From the NCBI GenBank assembly GCA_902795625.1, contig CADBLW010000028.1, positions 1 through 27,262 of the forward strand: 27,262 nucleotides of DNA, given 5' to 3'. This document shows, piece after piece, positions 1 to 8,415 of the stretch. Position 1 is the first letter of the stretch. Each line of letters opens with the position of its first letter. Source of the DNA: an uncultured Lachnospiraceae bacterium (GTDB lineage: Bacteria > Bacillota > Clostridia > Lachnospirales > Lachnospiraceae). Both the position numbers and the translations under genes were made by a program. A model generated the notes under the pieces. That model was not told the origin of the DNA and did not search any database. It saw nothing but the letters and a program-made list of their open reading frames with translations.

Positions 1-792
1 GTGAGGGACGCGCGGCTTACCTACTACCACTCACACTCGATCCTTGAGATCGCGTACATACTCTCCGGCAAGGGGCAGTATCTGATCGACGGTGTGACGT
101 ACGATGTCAAGCAGGGCGATCTTCTCGTGTGCAATCCGGGGGTGATGCATCAGAGCATCATCACGAACCCGGCGGATCCGACGCTCGAGTTCGTGGCGGG
201 CATCTCGGACCTTCATTTTCTGAACATGGAGCCGAACTCGCTGCGGCTGCCGGACGGATGTCCGGTGCTGACGCTGAGCAACGAGGTGAAGCGGGAGATC
301 AGCCGCTGCTGCTATGAGATCATCGATGAGAACATGGCGCCGCAGTCCGGCCGGTACTACCTTGTGCAGGCGCAGATGATGAAGATCCTGATCCTTCTGT
401 ACCGCTCCGTTGTGGAGAAGCCGAAGGATGAGGTTGTCGGTGTGACCTTTGAGAGTTACTCGAAGAGCTATGTTGTACAGAAGATCATCCAGTACCTGAA
501 GGCGAACTATTCGCAGCACATTTCCCTCGACGGGATCGCGCAGAACATGTACTTAAGTCCCGTGTACATCTCCAAGATCTTCAAGGAGAAGACCGGCGAC
601 TCGCCGATCAACTATCTGATCCAGATCCGCCTCGCGAAGGCGAAGGAGATGCTCGAGGAAAACCGCGGAAGCATACGCGCCATCGCGGCGCAGGTCGGCT
701 ACGACGACGTGTACCATTTCAGCAAGCTGTTTAAGAAGTATTACGGGGTTTCGCCGCTGTACTACCGAAAGGCGGCGATCGATACGGAGTAA
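1..792 (+). CDS. AraC-family transcriptional regulator (cupin sensor + HTH); 5' end may be cut by the window edge
   Basis: Cupin motif HSHSILEIAYILSGKG near the N-terminus; C-terminal AraC HTH signature (IAQNMYLSPVYISKIFK...IAAQVGYDDVYHFSKLFKKYYGVSP). Confidence 0.9.
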   Translation: MRDARLTYYHSHSILEIAYILSGKGQYLIDGVTYDVKQGDLLVCNPGVMHQSIITNPADPTLEFVAGISDLHFLNMEPNSLRLPDGCPVLTLSNEVKREISRCCYEIIDENMAPQSGRYYLVQAQMMKILILLYRSVVEKPKDEVVGVTFESYSKSYVVQKIIQYLKANYSQHISLDGIAQNMYLSPVYISKIFKEKTGDSPINYLIQIRLAKAKEMLEENRGSIRAIAAQVGYDDVYHFSKLFKKYYGVSPLYYRKAAIDTE

Positions 793-842
793 CTGCCGCG
801 GCAGCGGCAACAGGGCCGGGAACGACCCGGAAAGGAGAGGGC

Positions 843-1580
843 ATGGACGAGCTAAGACAGAAACTGGCGGATTTGTTGCGAGGGAGCGACAACATCGTAT
901 TTTTCGGAGGCGCTGGCGTATCCACCGCGAGCAACATTCCGGATTTCCGGAGCGCGAACGGGCTGTTCCATCAGAAGCTGCACCGCACGCTGTCGCCGGA
1001 GGAGATGGTGTCAAGAACATTTTACGAGAGATATCCGGAGGATTTCTTCGACTTTTACAAAAAATACCTGGTCTACCCGGAGGCGGAGCCCAACGACTGC
1101 CACAAGGCTTTGGCGAAGCTTGAGCAGATGGGCAAGCTCAAGGCCGTCGTGACGCAGAACATTGACGGTCTGCACCAGAAGGCGGGGTCGAAGGTCGTGT
1201 ATGAGCTGCACGGATCCGTGCTCCGGAACTACTGCACACGCTGTCATAAGTTTTACGGCGTGGACGCGATCCTGGAGGCGGACGGTGTGCCGCACTGCGA
1301 GTGCGGCGGAGTGATCAAGCCCGATGTCGTGCTCTACGAGGAGAGCCTCGATGACACGGTCATCAACAAGGCGGTCTCGGCGATCGCGAAGGCGGACACG
1401 CTGATCATCGGCGGAACCTCGCTGATCGTGTACCCGGCGGCGGGGCTGATCCAGTACTATCGCGGACGCAAGCTTGTGCTGATCAACAAGAGCGTGACGC
1501 AGGCGGATTCGTATGCGCAGCTCGTGATCCATGACGATATCGCGTCGGTGATGAAGGACGCGGTGGACGCGCTGGGCTAA
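843..1580 (+). CDS. cobB: NAD-dependent protein deacylase (Sir2/sirtuin family)
   Basis: GGAGVSTASNIPDFRS, TQNIDGLH and ELHGS motifs; zinc ligands CTRC...CECG; KPDVVLYEE; GGTSL; SD-like AGGAGAGG upstream. Confidence 0.95.
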   Translation: MDELRQKLADLLRGSDNIVFFGGAGVSTASNIPDFRSANGLFHQKLHRTLSPEEMVSRTFYERYPEDFFDFYKKYLVYPEAEPNDCHKALAKLEQMGKLKAVVTQNIDGLHQKAGSKVVYELHGSVLRNYCTRCHKFYGVDAILEADGVPHCECGGVIKPDVVLYEESLDDTVINKAVSAIAKADTLIIGGTSLIVYPAAGLIQYYRGRKLVLINKSVTQADSYAQLVIHDDIASVMKDAVDALG

Positions 1581-1683
1581 GCGTGCCGGAGAAGAAAGAG
1601 AGTCCGTGGGAGTGAGTTTCATTTTCCGGACAATATGAAAAGAAGGCGCCGTGCCGGCGGGCAGGCGCAGAGGGAGAACTACG

Positions 1684-3750
1684 ATGGGAACATCGAACAA
1701 TGACAACAAGGGCGGAGGCAACAAGAAGAACGACGGCCGGAAAAACGGCGTGGTCTCACGGATCATACTGACCGTGATCCTGTTCTTCATCTTCATTCTC
1801 TGCTACATGTTTATCTCGTCGGAGATCAACAAGATCCGCAACCGTGAGATCACCTACGGTGAGTTCCTCACGATGCTGGAGAAGGACGAGATCCTCAAGA
1901 TCGAGATTCAGGATGATTACGACAAGATCGTGATCTACCCGCGCGAGAGCGCCAAGGAGGACGTCCGCGTTGAGACCTATTACACGGGTATCATCGAGAC
2001 GGACTCGAAGCTGACGGAGCGCCTCGAGGAGGCGAGAAGCCGCAGCGAGGCCGATGAGAAACAGACCGAGAAGTTTGAGTACAAGCGGTTGATCGTCGAC
2101 AAGAGCACAACGATCCTGGATGTATTTTTCGCGTACATCCTGCCGTTTTTGTTCATCTACCTGATGTTGTGGGGCGTGTACCGCATGCTCTCCAGAAACG
2201 GCGGCATCGGAGGCTTCGGCGCGGGCAAATCCACCGCGAAGATGTACGTCGAGAAGGAGACCGGCGTCACCTTCAAGGATGTGGCCGGCCAGGAGGAGGC
2301 GAAGGAGTCCGTGCTGGAGCTTGTGGACTTCCTGCATGACCCCGCAAAATACACCCGCATCGGTGCGAAGCTGCCGAAGGGAGCGCTTTTGGTGGGACCT
2401 CCCGGAACGGGTAAGACGCTCCTCGCGAAGGCGGTGGCCGGCGAGGCGAAGGTACCGTTCTTCTCCCTGTCCGGATCGGACTTTGTGGAGATGTATGTCG
2501 GTGTCGGCGCGTCCCGTGTGCGTGACCTGTTCCGCCAGGCGCAGCAGATGGCGCCGTGTATCGTCTTCATCGACGAGATTGACGCGATCGGCAAGAGCCG
2601 TGACAGCAGATACGGCGGCGGCAATGACGAGCGCGAGCAGAAGCTGAACCAGCTCCTCGCGGAGATGGACGGCTTCGACACCTCGAAGGGTGTCGTGATC
2701 CTGGCGGCGACGAACCGTCCGGAGATCCTCGACAAGGCGCTTCTGCGCCCGGGCCGTTTCGACCGCCGGATCATCGTCGACAAGCCCGATCTGAAGGGTC
2801 GTCTCGCGACACTGAAGGTTCATTCGAAAAATGTTCTCATGCACGATTCGGTCGACCTCGAGGCCATCGCTCTGGCGACGAGCGGCGCGGTCGGTTCGGA
2901 TCTCGCGAATATCATCAACGAGGCCGCGATCCTTGCGGTCAAGGAAGGCCGCACGGTTGTGCAGCAGTCCGACCTGATGGAGTCCGTGGAGGTCGTCTTC
3001 GCCGGCAAGGAGAAGAAGGACCGCATCCTCGGCCCGGAGGAGAAGAAGATCGTCGCGTTCCACGAGGTTGGACACGCGCTTGTGGCAGCGCTCCAAAAGG
3101 GCGCGGAGCCGGTGCAGAAGATCACGATCGTGCCCCGCACGATGGGCGCTTTGGGATATACGATGCAGGTTCCCGAGGAGGAGAAGTACTTAAGCTCGAA
3201 GGACGACATCCTGCGCGAGATCCGCACGCTGTGCGGCGGACGCGCGGCGGAGGCGGTTATCTTCAACTCGATCACCACCGGCGCGAGCAACGACATCGAG
3301 CGCGCGACATCCCTCGCACGCCAGATGATCACGATGTACGGTATGTCGGATGAGTTCGGCATGGTTGCCCTCGAGACGATCGAGAGCCGTTATCTCGACG
3401 GCCGCGCCGTGACGCAGTGCAGCGACCAGACGGCGACGAAGATCGACACCGAGGTGAAGAACACGATCGGCAGCTGCTATGCCGACGCGGAGCGTATGCT
3501 TCGGGAAAATATCCGGGTGCTCAACGAGGCTGCACAGTTCCTGATCGAGAAGGAGACCATCACCGGCAAGCAGTTTATGGAGATTTTCCGCCGCGTGCGC
3601 GGTGAGGAGCCGGAGACGGTCGAAGTAACGTCGATCACCCTTGACGAGAGTGAGAGCGGCGAGGCTGTGACGGGCGCTAAAGAAGAGCGCGAGAACGGCG
3701 AGGCTGTGAACGTTCCGAAAGGCGATGATACCGGAGAGAAGCAGGAGTAA
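1684..3750 (+). CDS. ftsH: ATP-dependent zinc metalloprotease FtsH
   Basis: Two N-terminal hydrophobic segments; Walker A GPPGTGKT; Walker B IVFIDEID; [13 protein letters not shown]; HEVGH zinc motif. ATG at 1684 is preferred over GTG 1651 because GGGAGA lies just upstream. Confidence 0.97.
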   Translation: MGTSNNDNKGGGNKKNDGRKNGVVSRIILTVILFFIFILCYMFISSEINKIRNREITYGEFLTMLEKDEILKIEIQDDYDKIVIYPRESAKEDVRVETYYTGIIETDSKLTERLEEARSRSEADEKQTEKFEYKRLIVDKSTTILDVFFAYILPFLFIYLMLWGVYRMLSRNGGIGGFGAGKSTAKMYVEKETGVTFKDVAGQEEAKESVLELVDFLHDPAKYTRIGAKLPKGALLVGPPGTGKTLLAKAVAGEAKVPFFSLSGSDFVEMYVGVGASRVRDLFRQAQQMAPCIVFIDEIDAIGKSRDSRYGGGNDEREQKLNQLLAEMDGFDTSKGVVILAATNRPEILDKALLRPGRFDRRIIVDKPDLKGRLATLKVHSKNVLMHDSVDLEAIALATSGAVGSDLANIINEAAILAVKEGRTVVQQSDLMESVEVVFAGKEKKDRILGPEEKKIVAFHEVGHALVAALQKGAEPVQKITIVPRTMGALGYTMQVPEEEKYLSSKDDILREIRTLCGGRAAEAVIFNSITTGASNDIERATSLARQMITMYGMSDEFGMVALETIESRYLDGRAVTQCSDQTATKIDTEVKNTIGSCYADAERMLRENIRVLNEAAQFLIEKETITGKQFMEIFRRVRGEEPETVEVTSITLDESESGEAVTGAKEERENGEAVNVPKGDDTGEKQE
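3652..3709 (+). repeat. 19-bp direct duplication (39-bp period) inside the acidic FtsH tail
   Basis: GAGAGCGGCGAGGCTGTGA (3652-3670) and GAGAACGGCGAGGCTGTGA (3691-3709), encoding ESGEAV and ENGEAV. Confidence 0.75.
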
Positions 3751-3781
3751 CCGGAGAGAAGCAGTAACCGGAGAGAAGCAA
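3730..3781 (+). repeat. Three exact copies of ACCGGAGAGAAGCA spanning the ftsH stop codon
   Basis: The 14-mer starts at 3730, 3750 and 3767; the ftsH TAA (3748-3750) abuts the second copy. Confidence 0.9.
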
Positions 3782-3788
3782 CGGTAAA

Positions 3789-3810
3789 CGGACAACACCC
3801 ATGTTGTCCG
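3789..3810. other. Intergenic stem-loop, 9-bp perfect stem, no U-tract
   Basis: CGGACAACA-CCCA-TGTTGTCCG; followed by GGGAGAGG rather than a T-run, so not a classical intrinsic terminator. Confidence 0.65.
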
Positions 3811-3840
3811 GGGAGAGGTTTGAGGAGAGAGGATCGCGTG

Positions 3841-5949
3841 ATGAGCGGTAACAGGAGAGTCTTATTGGTATTCGCGACGCTTGCCGTTGTGCTGCTGCTC
3901 GTGACCGTCGTGAACTCATACCGGCTTAAATCCGGTACGCATGAGGAACTGGACGGTACCGAGGCGGAACTCACCGGCAAGGTGGATCCGGACGATGACG
4001 GCACGAGGACGAAAACCACCCCGACCGCTGTGGTGACCGGGGCAGCGCCGACGGAGGAAGCTCCGACACCGACCGAAGCACCTGTGTCTCAGACGCTTCT
4101 GTTCATCAACGAAATCTTACCGACCAACACAAAATACAACCAGAAAGACAAAGCATACTACGATCTTGTCGAACTGTACAACGGCTCCGACGAGACGATC
4201 CGGCTCGGGGACTACTGTCTGTCCGACTCGAAGAAACATCTCGCGGATTATCCGCTGCCGGCGATCGAGCTGCCGGCGGGCGGCTACGCGGTCGTGTACT
4301 GCACCGGCAAATACGATGTGAAAGACGAGTATGATCTCGCCTTCAAGCTTTCCTATTTCGGCGAGAAGGTGTATCTCTCGGACAGAAACGGCAACGTCAT
4401 CGACCTGGTGGAGTATCCTGAGCTTCCGCAGAATGTGAGCTACGGGCGCATGGGCGATGAGCTGAGGATATTTGACAAGCCGAGCATCGGAACCGCCAAC
4501 GAGGGCGGCTACGCGCGGATGTCGACAAGGCCCGATGTGGATCTAGAGCCGGGTTTTTACTCGGGAACTCAGAGAGTCAGCTTCATCACGGAGGGAACGA
4601 TCCGCTACACGCTGGACGGCAGCGTGCCGACGTCCTCCTCCAAGGTGTGGGACGGCAACCCGATCGAGATCTCCTCAAACTGCGCGATACGAGCGTATGC
4701 GGAGGAGGAGGGCTGCTTCGCCAGCTTTTCGTCGACCTTCGGGTATTTCTTCGACACGCCCGAGTATGAGCTCGACGTGGCCCGGCTGACGATCAAGGAG
4801 TCGGATCTCAACCGGATGAATGAGAATTATATGTCGGGGACCAAGTACGCGGCCAATCTGTCGCTGTACTCCAACGGGCACCTTGAATTTTCCGAGGACT
4901 GTGCCGTGAGCACCTTCGGCGGTTCGAGCCGTGCGTATATCAAGAAGAGTTATCAGATCACGTTCACCACGACCTACGGACCGTCCAAGCTGCGGTACCC
5001 GCTGTTCGACAACATGGACGAGGACGAGTTCAACTCCATCGTTCTCCGCGGCGGCAGCCAGGACAACGAGGCAGCTCTGATGAGGGATGAGCTGCTCACG
5101 TCGCTCGTGACGGACAACGGACTTGTGGACGACCTTCTGGTGCAGTCCTACCGGCCGGTGAACCTGTACATCAACGGCGAATACCGCGGCATCTACTACA
5201 TCCGCGAGCACACCGACGAGTACATGGTGGCTTCCCACTACGGCTGCGATCCGGAGGAGGTCACCCTCGTCAAGCAGATGCACACCGTCAAATGCGGCAG
5301 GGAAGCGAAGGAGTGGACGGACCTTTGGAAGTTCATCTCCGAGCATCGCCTGACGGACGAGGAATCCTACAACTATGTCAAGTCGGTCATTGACCTGCAG
5401 AGCATCGCCGATTACTATGTCGTGCAGCTGTGGGACGGCAACATCGATCCCGACAACATCTGTGTCTGCAAAGCCGGAGATAAGTTCGGCGGACGCTGGA
5501 TCTACGTGCTGTATGACCTCGACCTCACGCTGACACGCGGCGTGCCGGGGACGACGAACGAGCTGCTCGGTACGTTCAACACGGGCTATTACACGTTCAA
5601 CGCGCTGATCTACCGCCTCTTGGAAAATGAGGAGTTCCGCGAGCTGTTCTGCGAGCGGATGGAATACATCCTGACCAATGTGCTCACGGATGAGCGCTGC
5701 AACGAGTACATCGACAGATTTGTCGAGATGCTCGACCACGACATGGTCTACAACTGCGAGCGCTGGCATCCGGTCAAGGACCCTGTGAAGAAGACCAACT
5801 ACCGCAGCTACAGCGGATGGCAGAGCAGTGTCAAGACCCTTCGCGAGATGATCACCGGGCGCGGCCCGAAGATCATCCGGGATTTTGTGAGCGCCAAGGG
5901 AATATCGGATGAGCTCGTGAACCGGTATTTTTCGAAGTTGCTTGAATGA
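3841..5949 (+). CDS. Membrane-anchored lamin-tail domain / FN3-like (chitobiase C-terminal type) / CotH-family kinase protein, paralog 1
   Basis: N-terminal hydrophobic anchor (RRVLLVFATLAVVLLLVTVV); Thr/Pro linker; LTD-like FINEIL...DLVELYN...YCLSD; RYTLDGSVP; CotH motifs GGSSRAYIKKSY, VLRGGSQD, VNLYINGEYRGIYYIRE, NIDPDN and YDLDL. Start could be 3820, 3838 or 3841. Confidence 0.85.
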   Translation: MSGNRRVLLVFATLAVVLLLVTVVNSYRLKSGTHEELDGTEAELTGKVDPDDDGTRTKTTPTAVVTGAAPTEEAPTPTEAPVSQTLLFINEILPTNTKYNQKDKAYYDLVELYNGSDETIRLGDYCLSDSKKHLADYPLPAIELPAGGYAVVYCTGKYDVKDEYDLAFKLSYFGEKVYLSDRNGNVIDLVEYPELPQNVSYGRMGDELRIFDKPSIGTANEGGYARMSTRPDVDLEPGFYSGTQRVSFITEGTIRYTLDGSVPTSSSKVWDGNPIEISSNCAIRAYAEEEGCFASFSSTFGYFFDTPEYELDVARLTIKESDLNRMNENYMSGTKYAANLSLYSNGHLEFSEDCAVSTFGGSSRAYIKKSYQITFTTTYGPSKLRYPLFDNMDEDEFNSIVLRGGSQDNEAALMRDELLTSLVTDNGLVDDLLVQSYRPVNLYINGEYRGIYYIREHTDEYMVASHYGCDPEEVTLVKQMHTVKCGREAKEWTDLWKFISEHRLTDEESYNYVKSVIDLQSIADYYVVQLWDGNIDPDNICVCKAGDKFGGRWIYVLYDLDLTLTRGVPGTTNELLGTFNTGYYTFNALIYRLLENEEFRELFCERMEYILTNVLTDERCNEYIDRFVEMLDHDMVYNCERWHPVKDPVKKTNYRSYSGWQSSVKTLREMITGRGPKIIRDFVSAKGISDELVNRYFSKLLE

Positions 5950-5980
5950 TCGTTTCACAGACGGACAGAGTTTTGGAAAA

Positions 5981-6024
5981 TGCTGAGGAATTCCCGGGAG
6001 GACTTCCTCAGTAATTGCTTTTTT
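5981..6024 (+). terminator. Possible weak intrinsic terminator between the two CotH genes
   Basis: CTGAGGAA (5983-5990) pairs with TTCCTCAG (6004-6011), plus a TCC/GGA inner stem; the T6 run (6019-6024) is displaced about 6 nt from the stem. Confidence 0.35.
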
Positions 6025-6035
6025 CGGAGAGGACT

Positions 6036-8300
6036 ATGAGGCGGATCCTGTTTGGCGTGTTATCGCTTGCAATCGCATTGATGATGATAGCCTGGACCTG
6101 GTACCGGGGACCGATGAGGACAGGACTGCGTTCGTCTGCAGGACTTGTGAGCGCGACCCCGGCGGGCGCCGCGGAACCGACTGCTGCAGAGCAGGTCGCA
6201 GAGACAGAACCGAACACCGCGGAACCTGCCGCGGAGACTGCAGCGAAGGAACCGGCCGCCACCGAGAAAACGAATACAGAAGTGGCGCCGGAGACGGCAG
6301 ACATGGAGACAGCAGTAAAGATGACTGCGTCTGCAAAGCCGAACGATGAAACGGCATCCGGGATAACCGACGGGACGCCCGAAGCGGCGGCCGATCCGTC
6401 GGGCACGCCGGAGCTGACGGCAGAACCGTCTCCGACGGAAGCGCCGGAGGAGCCGAAGCTTTTGATCAGCGAGATCCTTCCGACGAATACAAAATACAAC
6501 AAGCACAACGGCGGCTGCTATGACGCCGTCGAGATCTATAACGCATCGGAGGAGGCGGTCATGCTCTCCGGGTACTGTCTGTCCGATTCGAAGAAGCGCC
6601 TCACGGAGTATCCGCTTCCCGAGGTTGAGCTTGCCGCGGGTGAGTATATGGTGTTCTACTGTACCGGCAAGTACGACGTGAAAGAAGGAAATGATCTCGC
6701 GTTCAAACTGTCCTACTTTGGGGAGAAGGTGTTCCTGTCTGACCGCGAGGGCAATGTCATCGACAAGGTTAAGTATCCGCAGCTGCCGCAAAACGTAAGC
6801 TACGGGCGCGACGGCGAGGAGTGGCGGATTTACGACAAGCCGACGCTCGGAAGCGCCAACGAGGGCGGCCTTGAGCGCGTCGCGGAGACCCCTGAGGTTG
6901 ACCTGGCACCCGGTTTTTACGAGGGAACGCAGACGGTGACGTTCACCACGGGCGGCACGATCCGGTACACCCTCGACGGGAGCAAGCCGGACTCGTCCTC
7001 GAAGAAGTGGGACGGGCAGCCGATCGAGATCTCCGAGACATGCACGATCCGCGCGTATGCGACGGAGGAAAACTGCCTCGCGAGCTTCGACGCGGCGTTT
7101 GACTATTTCATCGACGCGCCGGACTATGAGCTCGATGTGCTGTCGCTTTCCCTGAAAGAGTCAGACTTCGGGACGATGAACAAAAATTACAACTCAAAGA
7201 AGAAATACGCTGCGAGCATCACGCTTTTCTCCGGCGGGCAAATGCAGTTCTCGGAGGACTGCGCGATCAGCGTGTACGGCGCGACGAGCCGCGCATATCC
7301 GAAGAAGAGCTATCAGATTACATTTTCCTCTGCATACGGAGTGTCCAAGCTTCGGTACCGCGTGTTTGACAATCTTGAGATCGACGAGTTCAACTCGCTC
7401 GTGCTGCGCTCCGGCTCGCAGGACGCCTCGGGAGCGATGATGAGAGACGAGTACGTCTCCTCCCTCGCCACCTCGTACGGAGTCGTCGACGATGTGCTCG
7501 TTCAGGCGTACAAGCCCGTGAACCTCTACATCAACGGTCAGTACTGGGGGATCTACTATATCCGCGAGCACATCGACGAGGACATGATCGCTTCGCACTA
7601 CGGCTGCGACCCGGAGGAGGTCACGATCATCAAGCAGATGAACACGGTGATCTGCGGCAAGGACGGCCAGGAGTGGAAGGATCTCTGGAAATACATCAGC
7701 AACAACCGGCTGAAGGACGCGGAGGCCTACGAGTATGTCAAGTCGGTGGCGGACGTTCAGAGCGTCGCCGATTACTACATCATACAGCTCTGGAACGGCA
7801 ACATCGACATGGACAATGTCCGCGTGTGCAAGGCCGGCGACAACCGTTGGATCTATATCCTGTACGACCTTGATCTGACGCTGTACCGGGGGGCTTCCGG
7901 TACTACCGCGGAGCAGCTCGGGACCTTCAACACCGGGTACTACACCTTCAACGCGCTGATCAATCGTCTTTTGGAAAATGAGGAGTTCCGGGAGCTGTTT
8001 TGCGAGCGCCTGCAGAAGATCCTGAACCTCCCGCTTTCGAGCGACGCGGCGCTCACGCAGATCAACCAAATGGAGCAAATGCTCGACCACGACATGAAAT
8101 ACAGCTGCGAGCGGTGGCAGGGAGTGAAGGATCCGCACGGCGAGATCGGCTACCGCAGCTACAAGAGCTGGAAGAGCAACGTGGAGACGCTGCGGACGAG
8201 AGTAGACGGGAGAGAGTGGAAGATCCTCAAGGATTTTATCAAGGCGAAGGGGATACCGGACGAACTTGTGGAAAAGTATTTTCCGATACTGAAGTCATAG
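6036..8300 (+). CDS. Membrane-anchored lamin-tail domain / FN3-like / CotH-family kinase protein, paralog 2
   Basis: GGAGAGGA before ATG 6036; hydrophobic anchor RRILFGVLSLAIALMMIAW; a roughly 110-aa Ala/Glu/Thr/Pro linker; then colinear with paralog 1 (ISEILPTNTKYN, RYTLDGSKP, GATSRAYPKKSY, INGQYWGIYYIRE, NIDMDN, YDLDL). Confidence 0.85.
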   Translation: MRRILFGVLSLAIALMMIAWTWYRGPMRTGLRSSAGLVSATPAGAAEPTAAEQVAETEPNTAEPAAETAAKEPAATEKTNTEVAPETADMETAVKMTASAKPNDETASGITDGTPEAAADPSGTPELTAEPSPTEAPEEPKLLISEILPTNTKYNKHNGGCYDAVEIYNASEEAVMLSGYCLSDSKKRLTEYPLPEVELAAGEYMVFYCTGKYDVKEGNDLAFKLSYFGEKVFLSDREGNVIDKVKYPQLPQNVSYGRDGEEWRIYDKPTLGSANEGGLERVAETPEVDLAPGFYEGTQTVTFTTGGTIRYTLDGSKPDSSSKKWDGQPIEISETCTIRAYATEENCLASFDAAFDYFIDAPDYELDVLSLSLKESDFGTMNKNYNSKKKYAASITLFSGGQMQFSEDCAISVYGATSRAYPKKSYQITFSSAYGVSKLRYRVFDNLEIDEFNSLVLRSGSQDASGAMMRDEYVSSLATSYGVVDDVLVQAYKPVNLYINGQYWGIYYIREHIDEDMIASHYGCDPEEVTIIKQMNTVICGKDGQEWKDLWKYISNNRLKDAEAYEYVKSVADVQSVADYYIIQLWNGNIDMDNVRVCKAGDNRWIYILYDLDLTLYRGASGTTAEQLGTFNTGYYTFNALINRLLENEEFRELFCERLQKILNLPLSSDAALTQINQMEQMLDHDMKYSCERWQGVKDPHGEIGYRSYKSWKSNVETLRTRVDGREWKILKDFIKAKGIPDELVEKYFPILKS

Positions 8301-8332
8301 AAAACGACGGAGAAAAACAACGAACTGAGCAA

Positions 8333-8408
8333 TACCCTGTCGGAGGAGAACGGTAATCCGGCGGAGAAGAGCAGTAACCAGACGGAGACATACATAACCT
8401 GACGGAGG
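8333..8408 (+). repeat. Degenerate tandem repeat of about 21 bp (4 units) upstream of uvrC
   Basis: TACCCTGTCGGAGGAGAACGG (8333), TAATCCGGCGGAGAAGAGCAG (8354), TAACCAGACGGAGACATACA (8375), TAACCTGACGGAGG (8395). The last unit supplies the GGAGG SD of uvrC. Confidence 0.7.
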
Positions 8409-8415
8409 CCCGGAA

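Noticed and set aside
843-1580. Sir2 gene as an anti-phage defence effector (Thoeris/DSR type)
   Set aside because: It is a compact 245-aa sirtuin with the zinc-binding subdomain and catalytic His, with no fused defence domain or partner genes.
1756-3096. 446-aa minus-strand ORF, and similarly 4675-5958, 7194-8138, 10757-11707, 11439-12437, 14979-16331, 18479-19669 and 24986-25936
   Set aside because: Each lies antisense to a well-supported gene. GC-rich third positions suppress stop codons on the opposite strand, and none shows family motifs or a convincing SD.
3730-3781. Repeat arrays (also 8333-8408 and 27094-27163) as possible CRISPR arrays
   Set aside because: Units are 14-21 bp and tandem or nearly so, with no unique 30-40 bp spacers and no cas genes.
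3751-8415. CotH pair as a mobile element or genomic island
   Set aside because: No transposase, integrase or tRNA site; codon usage resembles the flanking genes. Only the short flanking repeats hint at an insertion, and these are reported separately.
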